64,000 nucleotides of DNA from an uncultured delta proteobacterium (GCA_963847445.1 CAWJZV010000006.1:32001-96000), one strand, 5' to 3'; counted from the first letter of the stretch, positions 1 through 17,048 are shown. Notes: generated by a model not told the origin, from the letters alone. Numbers and translations are program-made.

Positions 1-1521
1 GACCCCAAGGCCCCCAGGTCTACACCCTCGAAGGCGCCGATCAACCCTATCGCACCTATGTCGAGACCATGAACGAAGGCGCGGTGACGCTTTCGCAGGA
101 TGGAACCGTTCTCTACTGTAATCGGCAATTCGCCGACTTGACCGGAGCGTCCATTGAAGAGACCATCGGCGAATCGATTTTTAGCGTTCATTGCCAGTGC
201 CGACCAGGATGCGGTCGCCGCGCTGTTGCGCGCGGTGCGAGGGCGGCAGCGGCCGGGTTGAAATCATACTTGAAGATCGCGCCGGCACGCCGATCCCGGT
301 GCGGATTTCGGCGCGGCGCACGCGGCTCGGCAGCGACGAATTTATCTGCCTGGTGGTGACGGACCTGCGCGGCCAGAAGCTGCAGGATCAATTGCGCGAA
401 GCCGACCAGCGCAAGAACGAGTTCCTGGCCATACTCGGACATGAGCTGAGAAATCCTCTGGCGATCATGCACAATGTGCTGCAAGTTCTGCGCAAAAAAC
501 ATGGCGCGGATGCGTCGGCCGACATGCGCGAGATGATCGAGGAACAGGTGCGCCAAATGGGGCGGCTGATCGACGACCTGCTCGACGTCTCGCGAATTAC
601 CACCGGCAAGATCCGCCTGGAGTTGGCGCGTTTCGATGTCGCCAAGTTGCTAGCCGAGACGGTGCAAAGCTACCGTGACAGTCTCGAAGCCAATGGTTTG
701 ACGCTCATCTCTCGAACTGCCGAACCGGCAGTTGTTCGTCAATGGCGACAAAACCCGGATCGCGCAGGTGATCGGTAATTTGCTGCAAAATGCGAGCAAG
801 TTTACCGAGGGCGGACGGCCAGGTGACGGTGGCTTTGCAGCGCCGATTCTGACGACAATAGCGCGTTGATTCGCGTGCGCGATACCGGGATGGGCATGGA
901 CAATGAAACTTTGCAGCGTGTGTTCGACGCCTTCGCCCAGGCGGACCGCAGTATCGCGCGCAGCCGCGGCGGGCTCGGTTTGGGGTTGGCGCTGGTCAAA
1001 GGGCTGGTCGAGCTTCATGGCGGCGAAGTGACGGCGGCAAGCGCCGGCCCAGGACGAGGGTTCCGAATTTATCATTCGCTTGCCCATCGAAAGCGCATCG
1101 TTGGAACCCTCGGCCGAAAAAGTAGCGAGCGTTAGGCGAACGCGCTGTTTCCGTATTCTGATCATAGAAGATAACCAAGCCGGCGCCTTGAGCATGCAAT
1201 TGTTGTTGAAGCAGCTCGGCCATGATGTCGAAGTCGCCTATAACGGGCTTCGACGGTCTCGCGGCGGCGGCGCGTTTTAAACCCCAGGTGGTGCTCTGCG
1301 ATATCGGACTGCCGGGGCTTGACGGCTACCAGATCGCTCAGCTGCTGCGCCAGCGTGAAGAAGGCGGGAAAACATTTTTGAGCGCCCTCAGCGGTTATGG
1401 CCAGGACGAGGACAAACGGCGCGCTTTGGCAGCCGGCTTTGACATGCACTTTGTCAAGCCGTTAAAAATCGATCTGCTCGAAAACGTGTTAGCGGAATTA
1501 GAAAAACGCCCAATCGCTTGA
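1..1521 (+). CDS. Hybrid sensor histidine kinase (PAS-HisKA-HATPase-REC), 5' partial, split by several frameshifts
   Basis: Consecutive fragments 69-359 (PAS), 191-778 ([15 protein letters not shown]-box), 866-1135 (DTGMG, GGLGLGL), 1080-1280 and 1222-1521 (REC: CDIGLP, HFVKP) form one colinear protein. Confidence 0.85.
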
Positions 1522-1639
1522 GGTCGTTGACAGCCCCGCAGTGGCAAAACTTTAGAGGTGGCCGCCTTGCCAAGGTGCAAGCTCGCCGAGTTCGCCACTC
1601 AAAGAGAGTCCCGAAAGGGTAACTCGGCATTCAACCCTT

Positions 1640-1657
1640 CGTCTCACATGTGAGACG
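1640..1657. promoter_or_regulatory. Perfect 18-bp palindrome CGTCTCACATGTGAGACG, candidate transcription-factor site
   Basis: Exact inverted repeat, intergenic, about 40 bp upstream of a sigma54-like motif. Confidence 0.4.
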
Positions 1658-1697
1658 CGCCCCACGTAAGTTCGCGCTTTTATAGTTCAATCTTGCG

Positions 1698-1712
1698 TGG
1701 CACAATCCTTGT
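1698..1712 (+). promoter_or_regulatory. sigma54 -24/-12 promoter candidate for rlpA
   Basis: TGGCAC-AATCC-TTGT (1 mismatch to TGGCAC-N5-TTGC), followed by GGAGG and ATG at 1741. Confidence 0.55.
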
Positions 1713-1740
1713 TTATCTCCCTAGTAGGTTGGAGGTTAAC

Positions 1741-2335
1741 ATGGCAAAGGTGCGATTCAATATTGTTGTTGGTGGTTTTCTGCGCTTGCGCTCGAAGCGA
1801 TGCTAATCAGGACATCAAGGCTACACAAAAAGCCGAAAAAGTTGCTGAGACCGTAAAGCAGAAGGCGCAGGCTACGGAAAAAGCCGAGGGCAGTCAGGAT
1901 CTGGTCAAAGATAAAGTTAGCGTAAAATCATCCGCAGACGGCAAGCCCGTAGTCGAACAAACTGGCGAAGCGTCAAGTTACGGCCAGGGTTTTCACGGTA
2001 AAACCACCGCTAATGGTGAAAAATTCGATAAGAATAATATGACGGCCGCGCACCCGACGTTGCCCTTGGGCACAAAAGCCACGGTGACTAATCTGGAAAA
2101 CGGAAAATCCGTCGATGTGAGAATAAATGACCGAGGTCCTTACGTCAAAGGACGCGATATCGATGTATCGGAAGGCGCGGCGAAAGAATTGGACATGACC
2201 AAGAGCGGCATCGCGCCGGTGAAAATAGAGGCGAAGATACCTGTAAGCGAAAAACCTGCAAGCAGCGAGAGTTCATCGGCGCCAGAAAAAACCGGCGTCA
2301 AAAAATCGCCATCGACGAATCCGCCAGCGAAATAA
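1741..2335 (+). CDS. rlpA: Septal ring lytic transglycosylase RlpA family lipoprotein (probable frameshift near the N-terminus)
   Basis: GEASSYG..FHGKTTANGE, MTAAHPTLPLGT, VRINDRGPY, RDIDVS motifs; lipobox-like VVFCAC. The RBS-supported ATG at 1741 is out of frame with ORF 1697-2335. Confidence 0.85.
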
Positions 2336-2343
2336 CGGTAGCG

Positions 2344-3342
2344 CTAATTGGGTGCGGTCCTTAAATAGAGCGGAGTTCGGGTCGGCGCCAAGAAGATGGC
2401 CGGTTTGTCATCGGCTTGTTCACGTCGCGAAAAGAAATTTTCCAGGATATTTTCGATAGAGAGAACGCCGGCGACGTTGTCGCTGCCGTTTACCACGATG
2501 CCAACAGGATTTCCCGTGACATCGAGCACCACGCCGCCGCTCATGTGGTTTTCAACACGCATGCCCCATTTAGTGTCCACGGCAATGCCTGCATTACGCA
2601 AATACGCCGGCGAATAGAGTTCGTAATCCGCGGAAAAGTAGCCGCGATGCTTATCGTCGCGCAGATTCAAGAATCCATGACTGATGTGGAACTGTCCCGG
2701 TTGCGGGTAACCGGCGATAAAGACCTTTTTGGGTGGAAAGAGCGGCTGCAAATCGAAATCCGCCCGTGGCCGGCCGAGGTCGATTGTGCCTTGAGCGAAA
2801 TCTTTGAGCTGCCAGTAGGGAAAACGCGCTGCGGGCCCGGCTTTTAGCCGGGCGATGACAAAGTCGCGTTGTTTGATGATCTCGTCGGGACTGTGGCTCG
2901 ATTTGCCATTGGTCGAGTCGGTTTCGTTCAAATGCGAGAGCACGGTGATTTCATATTCGCCCTCGCCATTTTGGGCCAGATAGCGCATGCGCGGGCGACT
3001 CTCCGAGCAATCGGAAAGACCGGCGAAACGGCTGGTTTCTTTGCTCGCCTCCAAGCAGTATTTCATCACGTGATAAGCGGTGATGAACAGACCGTCGAGC
3101 GAAATCAAGAAACCTGAACCGAGATGAACGCGTTTCTTGGCCGCGCCGTCTTGATACTCAAGCAAAATTTTCACGCTTTTCGACTCAACGTCGGGCCATG
3201 AAAACTCCGCGCCGGCTGATTTGAGCTGCTCCGCTCCGGTCAGATACTCGCCAAGTACCAGAGACGGACAAAGCAACGCAATGATTATGAAAAAAATCGA
3301 ACGTCGCACTGGGAATTCTTCGCAGATTAAAAGACCCCCCAA
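2344..3342 (-). CDS. Secreted trypsin-like (S1) serine protease
   Basis: Signal peptide; GSGFLI...ITAYH (His), RDF (Asp), NHMSGGVV (Ser) in triad order. Confidence 0.7.
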   Translation of the reverse strand: MGGLLICEEFPVRRSIFFIIIALLCPSLVLGEYLTGAEQLKSAGAEFSWPDVESKSVKILLEYQDGAAKKRVHLGSGFLISLDGLFITAYHVMKYCLEASKETSRFAGLSDCSESRPRMRYLAQNGEGEYEITVLSHLNETDSTNGKSSHSPDEIIKQRDFVIARLKAGPAARFPYWQLKDFAQGTIDLGRPRADFDLQPLFPPKKVFIAGYPQPGQFHISHGFLNLRDDKHRGYFSADYELYSPAYLRNAGIAVDTKWGMRVENHMSGGVVLDVTGNPVGIVVNGSDNVAGVLSIENILENFFSRREQADDKPAIFLAPTRTPLYLRTAPN

Positions 3343-3585
3343 TAAAAATCAACTAAATTTTCCTCGATTGAATAATTAATGTGCTGCGCGCAAACAGCCC
3401 GGAGTTTTTCGCGCCCTTGAAGCGACAACCAAGTAATGACAGTCGGTGCCTGTGCCTGTGCGTCGATGCAAAGCGGCTTGTCATTGTCCGAGGCAGCATC
3501 AATCACTCTCTTTGCAGTGCGGGCAAACTGGTCTGGAGATTGCAGGTTATAAGTTTATGGTTTTGTCGCCGGCTGTTGGTCTGGG

Positions 3586-4053
3586 TTGGCGCTGTTCGAC
3601 GTCTGGAGCGAAATGGGTTCTCGAGTTATGGCGAAGTATTTAAAAAAAGTTGTTCCGCCGCCGAGCATACTGCGGCGGCGCAGGCGGATCTTCAGAAAAC
3701 CGCGACTTGCCAAAATCAATCAATCTGCAGAGCCGAAATGGCAAGAAGTTAAGGCGGCACGACTGATTAGATTAGAAGCAAAACCTGGAAAAGAAAACGA
3801 GCTGGCAAGTTGTCTCCGCGCCGGATTGACGCGTGTGCAGCAGGAGCCGGCCACCGCGTCCTGGTATGCGATTCGCTTCGGCCCGTCGACATTTGCGATT
3901 TTCGATGCCTGCGCAGGGGAGGCGAAGCGCCAAGCCCATCCGGCCGGTTCACTCGCGGCAGTGCTCGGAGGCAAATCCGCCGAACTACTGGCTCGGTCGC
4001 CGGTGATCGAAACGGGCGACGTGCTGGCGGCCAAATTGGCCGACTTCGGTTGA
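3586..4053 (+). CDS. Antibiotic biosynthesis monooxygenase (ABM) family protein; start uncertain
   Basis: RLEAKPGKE...EPAT.SWYAIRFGPSTFAIFDA...RQAH pattern. Confidence 0.65.
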   Translation: MALFDVWSEMGSRVMAKYLKKVVPPPSILRRRRRIFRKPRLAKINQSAEPKWQEVKAARLIRLEAKPGKENELASCLRAGLTRVQQEPATASWYAIRFGPSTFAIFDACAGEAKRQAHPAGSLAAVLGGKSAELLARSPVIETGDVLAAKLADFG

Positions 4054-4126
4054 AGAAATACCCAGCTAGCCTGCGCTTTAGTTGCGGCAGTTAGTTAACA
4101 GCGTCTCGAAAAAATTAGGCGGCTTT

Positions 4127-4295
4127 ATGGCTAAAAATAAAAAACCCAAGAAGCAACGCGGCAAAAAAGAAAACTTCCAAAGCTAAAAGACAGCGTCGCA
4201 TCGACGGCTCGCAGACCCGTCAGCCCTTCGAGCAGGATTCTAAACGGCGCATCGGGCAGTACGGCGGAGCAGGCGAGCCACCGATCATGAAGTAG
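4127..4295 (+). CDS. Small basic protein (one probable frameshift near the N-terminus)
   Basis: ATG at 4127 (MAKNKKPKKQ); a second frame gives AKKKTSKAKRQRRIDGSQTRQPFEQDSKRRIGQYGGAGEPPIMK, stop at 4293-4295. Confidence 0.4.
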
Positions 4296-4392
4296 TGTTT
4301 GCGCTCGAGCTGACCGCTCAACGGCAGCAAGTCGAGGGGCCATTAACCAAAAGCAGAAAAGATGGTCTGGCATAAAGCTGGAGACGACGGCA

Positions 4393-4647
4393 ATGCAGAT
4401 ATTTATTAAACTGGCCACCGGGGATTACACTCGATTGAGAAGTCATATCACCCTCCACTCAGTCGCCCACGAGGCGATTGAAAAGGCGACGCGGATTGAA
4501 CATTCGCTCGATGGTTTGTTGTTTGCCGGCTACTCGATTCCTTGTAACGTGGAGCAAGCCCGAACCATACTCGAAACCGCCAGGCGGAATTGCCCCGACA
4601 TGATCGGCAAAATTGAGCAAGCTATATCGCGCTCCCATCAAGGCTAG
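4393..4647 (+). CDS. Hypothetical protein (84 aa)
   Basis: GGAG upstream of ATG; protein-like composition; fills the intergenic gap. Confidence 0.55.
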   Translation: MQIFIKLATGDYTRLRSHITLHSVAHEAIEKATRIEHSLDGLLFAGYSIPCNVEQARTILETARRNCPDMIGKIEQAISRSHQG

Positions 4648-4786
4648 CGTTCGCTGGGTTGAGACAGGGCGGCAATTTCTTGCGCCGACGCATGGCTGCC
4701 CGCGGCGCTGAGGACCAACTGAAGCACTTGAATTTCCTCGCTCGAAACCGGACGGGGCTAGAGCCTAGCCGCCCGAATTAGGCAGA

Positions 4787-4873
4787 CTACTTGATTGATT
4801 TGCCCTTGCCGCGTTTGCGCTTTGGTTTTGGCCGCTTCGGTTCGACGATAACCGCCGGTGATTTCTTGGCCAT
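4787..4873 (-). CDS. 28-aa highly basic peptide MAKKSPAVIVEPKRPKPKRKRGKGKSIK
   Basis: Manually translated; GGAGA RBS a few nt upstream; starts 25 nt after the CBS gene stop on the same strand. Confidence 0.5.
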   Translation of the reverse strand: MAKKSPAVIVEPKRPKPKRKRGKGKSIK

Positions 4874-4897
4874 GAATGGTTTCTCCGATTAACGGTC

Positions 4898-5338
4898 TTA
4901 TCGATTCGGTTCCGACGGCTCCGAGATGTCTTTAAGGGCTTCATCGGCCAGATCCTCGTCTTCGGTGCCTTCGGTGCGCAGGGCGAGATCGCCGAGAGAT
5001 AACATGCCCACCAGCTGTTTGTCTCGGTTTAAAATCGGCAGGCGACGAATCTGCTCGGCCTCCATTAACATCACGGCTTCTTCGACCGATTGATCGTCGA
5101 AACAATAACTCACGCCGGGAGTCATAATGTCGCTCACCTTGGTGCGCGCGGGGTCGCGCCCTTCGGCGACCAGACGTATCGCTAAATCCCGGTCAGTGAT
5201 CACTCCTTGAATTCGCTCGCCGTCGCACACCGGTAACGCTCCGACATCGAGTTCGCGCATTTTCGCCCCGGCTGCTTGGGCCGCGTCATCCAAGTAAACC
5301 ACCTCCGCGCCTTGAGTCATGATTTCCCTAATTTGCAT
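4898..5338 (-). CDS. CBS domain pair protein
   Basis: M...DVGALPV...GVITDRD and M...QIRRLPI...GMLSLGD; GGAGG RBS. Confidence 0.92.
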   Translation of the reverse strand: MQIREIMTQGAEVVYLDDAAQAAGAKMRELDVGALPVCDGERIQGVITDRDLAIRLVAEGRDPARTKVSDIMTPGVSYCFDDQSVEEAVMLMEAEQIRRLPILNRDKQLVGMLSLGDLALRTEGTEDEDLADEALKDISEPSEPNR

Positions 5339-5469
5339 AAAGCACCTCCGATTGATTTTTTACAGTCTTCGATGGTTTGCTAAATTTGTCAGTGGTGGGT
5401 GCTCGCACCGCGCGAACCATTAGCGAGCTTTACAGTCGCGCCGGCGCGTTTATTACGGAGTCATGGAGC

Positions 5470-5484
5470 GCAAGAAGAATGCCA
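5470..5484 (-). promoter_or_regulatory. sigma54 promoter for the CBS gene
   Basis: Reverse strand TGGCAT-TCTTC-TTGC, perfect consensus. Confidence 0.7.
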
Positions 5485-5802
5485 CTGCTGCACAATTGAA
5501 GGCGCTGCTCAATACGTGGCACGCGCGGAGCGATAGATATGAATAGCAGAGTGAAGAGAAGGTTTTTTGACGAGTTAGTGTCCCGAATCTGGGTCATTTC
5601 TAACTGGGCAATCCCATTTATAGTAATTTGCACTCTCGATTCGATTCCAATTCGAACCTTCGCCGTGATAAACGGGAGCGCGCCTCAGCACAACCCAACG
5701 TGGAGATTGACCTGCCGTAGCGACTCCCCAAGAGGCGTTCCCTAGCGAAATTAATGATTGGCTTTGCCGCTCCAAGCTAACCGCGCCCCTGTTACTGTGA
5801 AC

Positions 5803-5817
5803 GGGACAGAATCTTGC
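5803..5817 (+). promoter_or_regulatory. Weak sigma54 promoter candidate for degQ
   Basis: GGGACA-GAATC-TTGC; GG-N10-GC spacing kept. Confidence 0.35.
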
Positions 5818-5896
5818 ATGCAAAAAAACGGGATTGAACTGCGCCGAGCAGTTTATTCAATTGGGTCAGCGAATAGCTTCAACATCGAGAGTGGCC

Positions 5897-7048
5897 ATGG
5901 CTAAGAAATCTGTGATCGGCTTGATCTTATTGACGCTGATCGCTTGCCAGCGCGCAGAGCCGCCTCAGAGCAAGCCCGAAAGCCCGCCGGCGGCGCCGTC
6001 GCCGCGGCTCGATCGCGACTCCACCCCGGCGGGATCTTATGCGCCAATCGTCGATCGAGTCGCGCCGTCGGTAGTGACGATTCGCTCGGCTAGACGGCTG
6101 CGCGCGCCGCGGCAGTTTCCATTTTTCAACGATCCTCGTTTGGGCGAACTTTTCGGCGGTCTGTTCGGCGCGCCAGGCGGGCGCGAACAGATTCGCACGG
6201 GGTTGGGCTCCGGCGTCATCGTGCGCGCGGACGGCTATGTTCTCACCAATCATCACGTGATCGACGGCGCGGATGAAATTACCATCGAGCTGCTTAACCG
6301 GCGCAGTTTTTCCGCCAAAATAATCGGCAGCGATCCGCCGAGCGATCTTGCCGTGCTCAAGGTCGAAGCTAGCGATATGCCGGCGCTGGCATTGGGCAAC
6401 TCGGATGAGACGCGGGTCGGTGACATCGTGCTCGCGCTAGGGAATCCATTGGGCATCGGCCAAACGGTTACCGCCGGAATCATCAGTGCCAAGAGCCGCT
6501 CGACCGGATTGAGCGATGGCAGCTTCGAAGATTTTCTCCAGACCGACGCGCCGATCAATCAAGGCAACTCCGGCGGCGCGCTGGTTAATACCGCCGGTTT
6601 GCTGGTCGGCATCAACTCGCAAATTCTCTCGCCCACCGGCGTTAACATCGGTATCGGTTTCGCGGTGCCGGTCAACATGGCGCGCAACGTCATGGACCAA
6701 CTGATCAGCAACGGCAAGGTTGAGCGCGGCCATTTAGGCATCGGTATTCAGCCGGTGACACCGGAGATCGCCGCCAGTGTCGGATTGAAGGAAACCGGCG
6801 GCGTGATCATCAATGAGGTCCGTCCCAACAGCGCCGCCAGCCGCGCCGGCATGCGGCGCGGCGATGTCGTCGTCGCCTTCAATGGCGCACCGGTTGTCGA
6901 CGGCAACGCGTTGCGCAACGCCATCGCCGGCAGCAAACCCGGTACGGCGGTCAAGCTGACGATTCTCCGCGATGGCACAGAGCAAACGATCGAGGCCAAG
7001 CTGGACGAGTACCGCGCCGAGAGCGCGCCGGCGCGGCGAGAAAGGTAA
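5897..7048 (+). CDS. DegQ/HtrA serine endoprotease lipoprotein with one PDZ domain
   Basis: GLGSGVI, TNHHV, SDLAVLK, QTDAPINQGNSGGAL, C-terminal PDZ; lipobox LIAC. Confidence 0.93.
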   Translation: MAKKSVIGLILLTLIACQRAEPPQSKPESPPAAPSPRLDRDSTPAGSYAPIVDRVAPSVVTIRSARRLRAPRQFPFFNDPRLGELFGGLFGAPGGREQIRTGLGSGVIVRADGYVLTNHHVIDGADEITIELLNRRSFSAKIIGSDPPSDLAVLKVEASDMPALALGNSDETRVGDIVLALGNPLGIGQTVTAGIISAKSRSTGLSDGSFEDFLQTDAPINQGNSGGALVNTAGLLVGINSQILSPTGVNIGIGFAVPVNMARNVMDQLISNGKVERGHLGIGIQPVTPEIAASVGLKETGGVIINEVRPNSAASRAGMRRGDVVVAFNGAPVVDGNALRNAIAGSKPGTAVKLTILRDGTEQTIEAKLDEYRAESAPARRER

Positions 7049-7331
7049 CTCGCACTAGCTAAATCATGACCGCGCATTGGTCGGTATCGCCGCCGGTTTG
7101 GATAATTCTTTACGCTGGCTGTCGCATTTTTGGGACAAAAGCACGGCTAATTATTAAGGTGATTTTTATAAAAATGGTTTACCGCAAAAGAGTTCTTGTC
7201 CCCGAGAAAAATTTTGATAACGTCGGAGCAGCGGTCAGTAGAACGATTGAAATTCGATACCACCGACGCCACCGGCGTTTTGTCGCGGTGGCGGTGACGC
7301 AGCAAACCGCTCAAGCCTGAGGAGAGCTTCC

Positions 7332-13661
<6,330 letters not shown>

Positions 13662-13682
13662 CGGAACACGACCGAGGGGCGA

Positions 13683-14825
13683 TTGATGAATCGCCCCCGC
13701 CTTGATTCTTATGGTATGAGCGAACCGACCAACATTCTCCTCGTCGACGATCAGGCGCGCAATCTCGACGCGCTCGAGGCGGTATTGGCTGCGCCGGACT
13801 ACCGGCTGGTGCGCGCCCAATCGGCCAACGACGCGTTGCTGGCGCTGCTCACCTACGACTTCGCGGTCCTCGTGCTCGATATCCGCATGCCGGAGATTGA
13901 CGGCTACGAGCTCGCGCAGATGATCAAGCAGCGCAAAAAGAACCAGCATCTGCCGATCATTTTCTTGACCGCCTATTTGCAGGATGATAGGGCCGTGCTC
14001 GAAGGCTACGGCGCCGGCGCGGTGGACTACTTAACCAAGCCGATCAACCCATTGATCCTGAGATCCAAGGTCGCTGTCTTTGTCGATCTGTTTCGCAAAA
14101 CCCGCGAGCTGGCGCGCCTGAACGAAATCATGGAGAGCGAGATCGAAGAGCGGGTGGCGCAGGTGCGCGCGAGCCTGCGCGAAAAAGAGATATTGCTCAA
14201 GGAAGTCCATCACCGGGTAAAAAATAACATGCAGATCATCTCGAGCCTGCTGAGCCTGCAAGCCGAGCGCGCCGGCGCAACCCAGCGCGACTTTCGCGAC
14301 GTGCGCGATCGCGTGCGCTCGATGGCGCTGGTGCACGAGAAGCTCTACCAGTCGGAGAATTTAGCGTGCGTGCAGATCGCCGAATATGCGCGCAGTTTGA
14401 TCAACGATCTGTTTCAAGCCTACGCCAGCGGCCTGCCCAAGGTGCAACTCCGCCTCGATCTCGAGAGCGCCGAGCTGCCGGTGGATCGCGCCATCTCCTT
14501 CGGGCTGATCCTCAACGAGTTGGCGACCAATGCCTTCAAGCATGCGTTTCGCGACCGTGACAACGGCGAAATCGAGATCAAACTGCAAACTGTGCCGCAG
14601 GGAGAAATCCGCCTGCGTTTCGCCGACAACGGCCGGGGTTTTGCCGCGCCGTCGAGCTGGGAGAGCGCCGATTCGCTGGGGCTGCGCTTGCTGCGCATGC
14701 TGACCCGCCAGCTTGGCGGGCAAATCGAAATGCGCAGCGACCAGGGCACGACCGTTGAGCTGAGCTTTAAAATCGATCCGGCGCGCGATTCGCCGGGCGG
14801 TAATGAGCCGCGGGTGAGCTCATGA
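13683..14825 (+). CDS. Response regulator fused to a HisKA_2-type histidine kinase
   Basis: N-terminal REC (LLVDD, LDIRMP, KP); KEVHHRVKNNMQ; NELATNAFKHAF; DNGRG. Confidence 0.92.
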   Translation: MMNRPRLDSYGMSEPTNILLVDDQARNLDALEAVLAAPDYRLVRAQSANDALLALLTYDFAVLVLDIRMPEIDGYELAQMIKQRKKNQHLPIIFLTAYLQDDRAVLEGYGAGAVDYLTKPINPLILRSKVAVFVDLFRKTRELARLNEIMESEIEERVAQVRASLREKEILLKEVHHRVKNNMQIISSLLSLQAERAGATQRDFRDVRDRVRSMALVHEKLYQSENLACVQIAEYARSLINDLFQAYASGLPKVQLRLDLESAELPVDRAISFGLILNELATNAFKHAFRDRDNGEIEIKLQTVPQGEIRLRFADNGRGFAAPSSWESADSLGLRLLRMLTRQLGGQIEMRSDQGTTVELSFKIDPARDSPGGNEPRVSS

Positions 14826-16816
14826 GCAGCGCCAACATTCTAGTGGTCGAAGATGAAGCGATCGTCGCGCTTGATCTTAGCCAACGCTTGACCGGCCTGG
14901 GTTACCGAGTCGTCGACACCGTCGCCGAAGGGGAAAAGGTCGTCGCCGCGGTGCTTGAGCACAAACCGGACCTGGTGCTGATGGACCTGCGACTGGCCGG
15001 TGCCCTGGACGGTATCGCCGCAGCGCGACAGATCGCGCAAGTGCGCGACGTCCCGATCGTTTTCTTGACCGCCCATTCCGACCCCGAAACCCTTGCCCAG
15101 GCATGCTTAACCGGCCCCTTCGGCTATATTTTGAAGCCCTTCGATGAGCGCGAGCTGCACACCCAGCTTGAAATCGCGCTCTATCGCCATGGCGCCGAAC
15201 GGCGCGTGCGCGAAAGCGAGGCGCGGCTAAGGTCGATCATGAACACGGCGGCCGATTGCATCATGGAAATCGACGATAACGGCACGCTGCTTAACAGCAA
15301 CCCCGCTGCCGCCCATTTATTCGGTTACGCCGCGGCTGAAATGGCCGGCCGCAACGCCTGCGACTTGATGCCGGAGTTTGCCCGCATCATGCAAAAGGAC
15401 GAGGCGCAGTGGTCGCATAAAACCAGCGGGGGAAAAATTTTTGGCGAGGTTCAGGAACTTAGCGCCATCCAAAAAGACGGGGCGGTCATTCCCGTCGAGC
15501 TTACGGTAAGCCGCAAAGACGATGCGCACGAGCGCAGCTATATCACCATCGTTCGCGATCTCAGACGGCGCAAGCAACTTGAGAACAAACTCACACAGCT
15601 GGTTGACGATCTGCGTGAGACCGACCGGCGCAAGGATGAATTTTTAGCGACGTTGTCGCACGAACTACGCAATCCCCTGGCGCCGATCCGCAATGCCGTG
15701 ACTATTTTGAAGAGTGTCCAACCGGCCGACGACAAATTTAAATGGTGCTGCGAAATCCTCGATACCCAAGTCGATCAGATGAGCTGCGTGTTGGAAGACC
15801 TGCTCGACGTTAGCCGGATCGCCCGGGGCAGTCTATTGCTGCGCCAAGAATGGCTCGGATTTCGCGAAATCATGAGTCATATCGTTGCAATCGCGCGTGC
15901 CGATGTCGAAGCCGCAGGGCATAAGTTGGTCGTTGACCTGCCCGAAAACGACGTCAGTCTGTTTGCCGATCGTGCCCGGCTGACGCAAATCTTCTCCAAC
16001 CTTTTAAACAATGCCGCGAAATATACCGAGGGCAACGGCGAGGTTCGGCTCTCGGCAAAATATGACAACGGCGCAATCGTCGTGCAAATCGAAGATACCG
16101 GCATCGGCATCTCGGCTGAACTATTGCCCCATGTGTTCAAAATGTTCAAGCAAGCCGACAGCAGTTTGGAACGCGGCCGGGGCGGCCTCGGCATCGGTCT
16201 CGCTTTGGTGAAAAGCCTGGTCGCGCTACACGGTGGCACGGTTGAGGCTAATAGCGCCGGCCTTGGCCAAGGTAGTGTGTTTACGGTGCGGTTGCCGGTG
16301 GCGCCGGTCAGCCCGGTTGCAGTTGAGATGCCCACAACCATCGTCGAGGCGGACGGCCGGCCAGCGCAGTTGGTTAGACCGATACGGATTCTAATCGTCG
16401 ACGATAATAAATTACAGGCCCAAAGCCTCGGGCTTCTCGTCGAGCTATGGGGCTTTGATGTCCGGCTCGCTTTTGACGGGCCGCAAGCGCTTGCGGCTTT
16501 AGCCAACTACTCGGCTGATGTCGCGCTTATCGATATCGGCCTGCCGGGTCTCAGCGGTTTTGAAGTCGCGCGGCAGATCCGCGCACAGCCGCAATGGCGC
16601 CACATGACCCTGATTGCCCAGACCGGTTGGGGCCGCGACAGCGATCGCGGTAATTCGGGACAAGCGGGGTTTGATCATCATTTCACCAAGCCGCTCAACC
16701 ACGAGGCTTTGGAAAAAGTGCTCAATCAGACCGCGGCAAAAAAGTTTGGCACAGCTAGCGTTTTCGACAAATTTCAACGCCTTGGTCGAACCAGTCCAAC
16801 GAAACCTAGCGATTGA
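14822..16816 (+). CDS. Hybrid kinase REC-PAS-HisKA-HATPase-REC
   Basis: REC at both ends; EFLATLSHELRNPL; GGLGIGL; start overlaps the upstream stop (ATGA). Confidence 0.92.
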   Translation: MSSANILVVEDEAIVALDLSQRLTGLGYRVVDTVAEGEKVVAAVLEHKPDLVLMDLRLAGALDGIAAARQIAQVRDVPIVFLTAHSDPETLAQACLTGPFGYILKPFDERELHTQLEIALYRHGAERRVRESEARLRSIMNTAADCIMEIDDNGTLLNSNPAAAHLFGYAAAEMAGRNACDLMPEFARIMQKDEAQWSHKTSGGKIFGEVQELSAIQKDGAVIPVELTVSRKDDAHERSYITIVRDLRRRKQLENKLTQLVDDLRETDRRKDEFLATLSHELRNPLAPIRNAVTILKSVQPADDKFKWCCEILDTQVDQMSCVLEDLLDVSRIARGSLLLRQEWLGFREIMSHIVAIARADVEAAGHKLVVDLPENDVSLFADRARLTQIFSNLLNNAAKYTEGNGEVRLSAKYDNGAIVVQIEDTGIGISAELLPHVFKMFKQADSSLERGRGGLGIGLALVKSLVALHGGTVEANSAGLGQGSVFTVRLPVAPVSPVAVEMPTTIVEADGRPAQLVRPIRILIVDDNKLQAQSLGLLVELWGFDVRLAFDGPQALAALANYSADVALIDIGLPGLSGFEVARQIRAQPQWRHMTLIAQTGWGRDSDRGNSGQAGFDHHFTKPLNHEALEKVLNQTAAKKFGTASVFDKFQRLGRTSPTKPSD

Positions 16817-17048
16817 GTCGGTCAAAGCGCAATCTCCCCGACGCGGCGAAGCCGCAATCCAAGCAGCTAAGGCGACAGGCAAAGCGCGCCAATCCAATCG
16901 GACTGGTAGGGCGGTGTTGAAATCCGCCCTGACCGCCAGTCGCCGCCCGGCGGGCGGGTTGGCGCGGTTGGCGACGCTTTTCCGTTATGCTAGTCTGCGG
17001 CAGTTTTCACTTCCGATGATTCGCCAATCCGGCCTTAGGCAGGAGAGC

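Noticed and set aside
4368-4382. TGGCAT-AAAGC-TGGA as a sigma54 promoter
   Set aside because: The -12 GC is missing and the site overlaps the RBS of the 4393 ORF.
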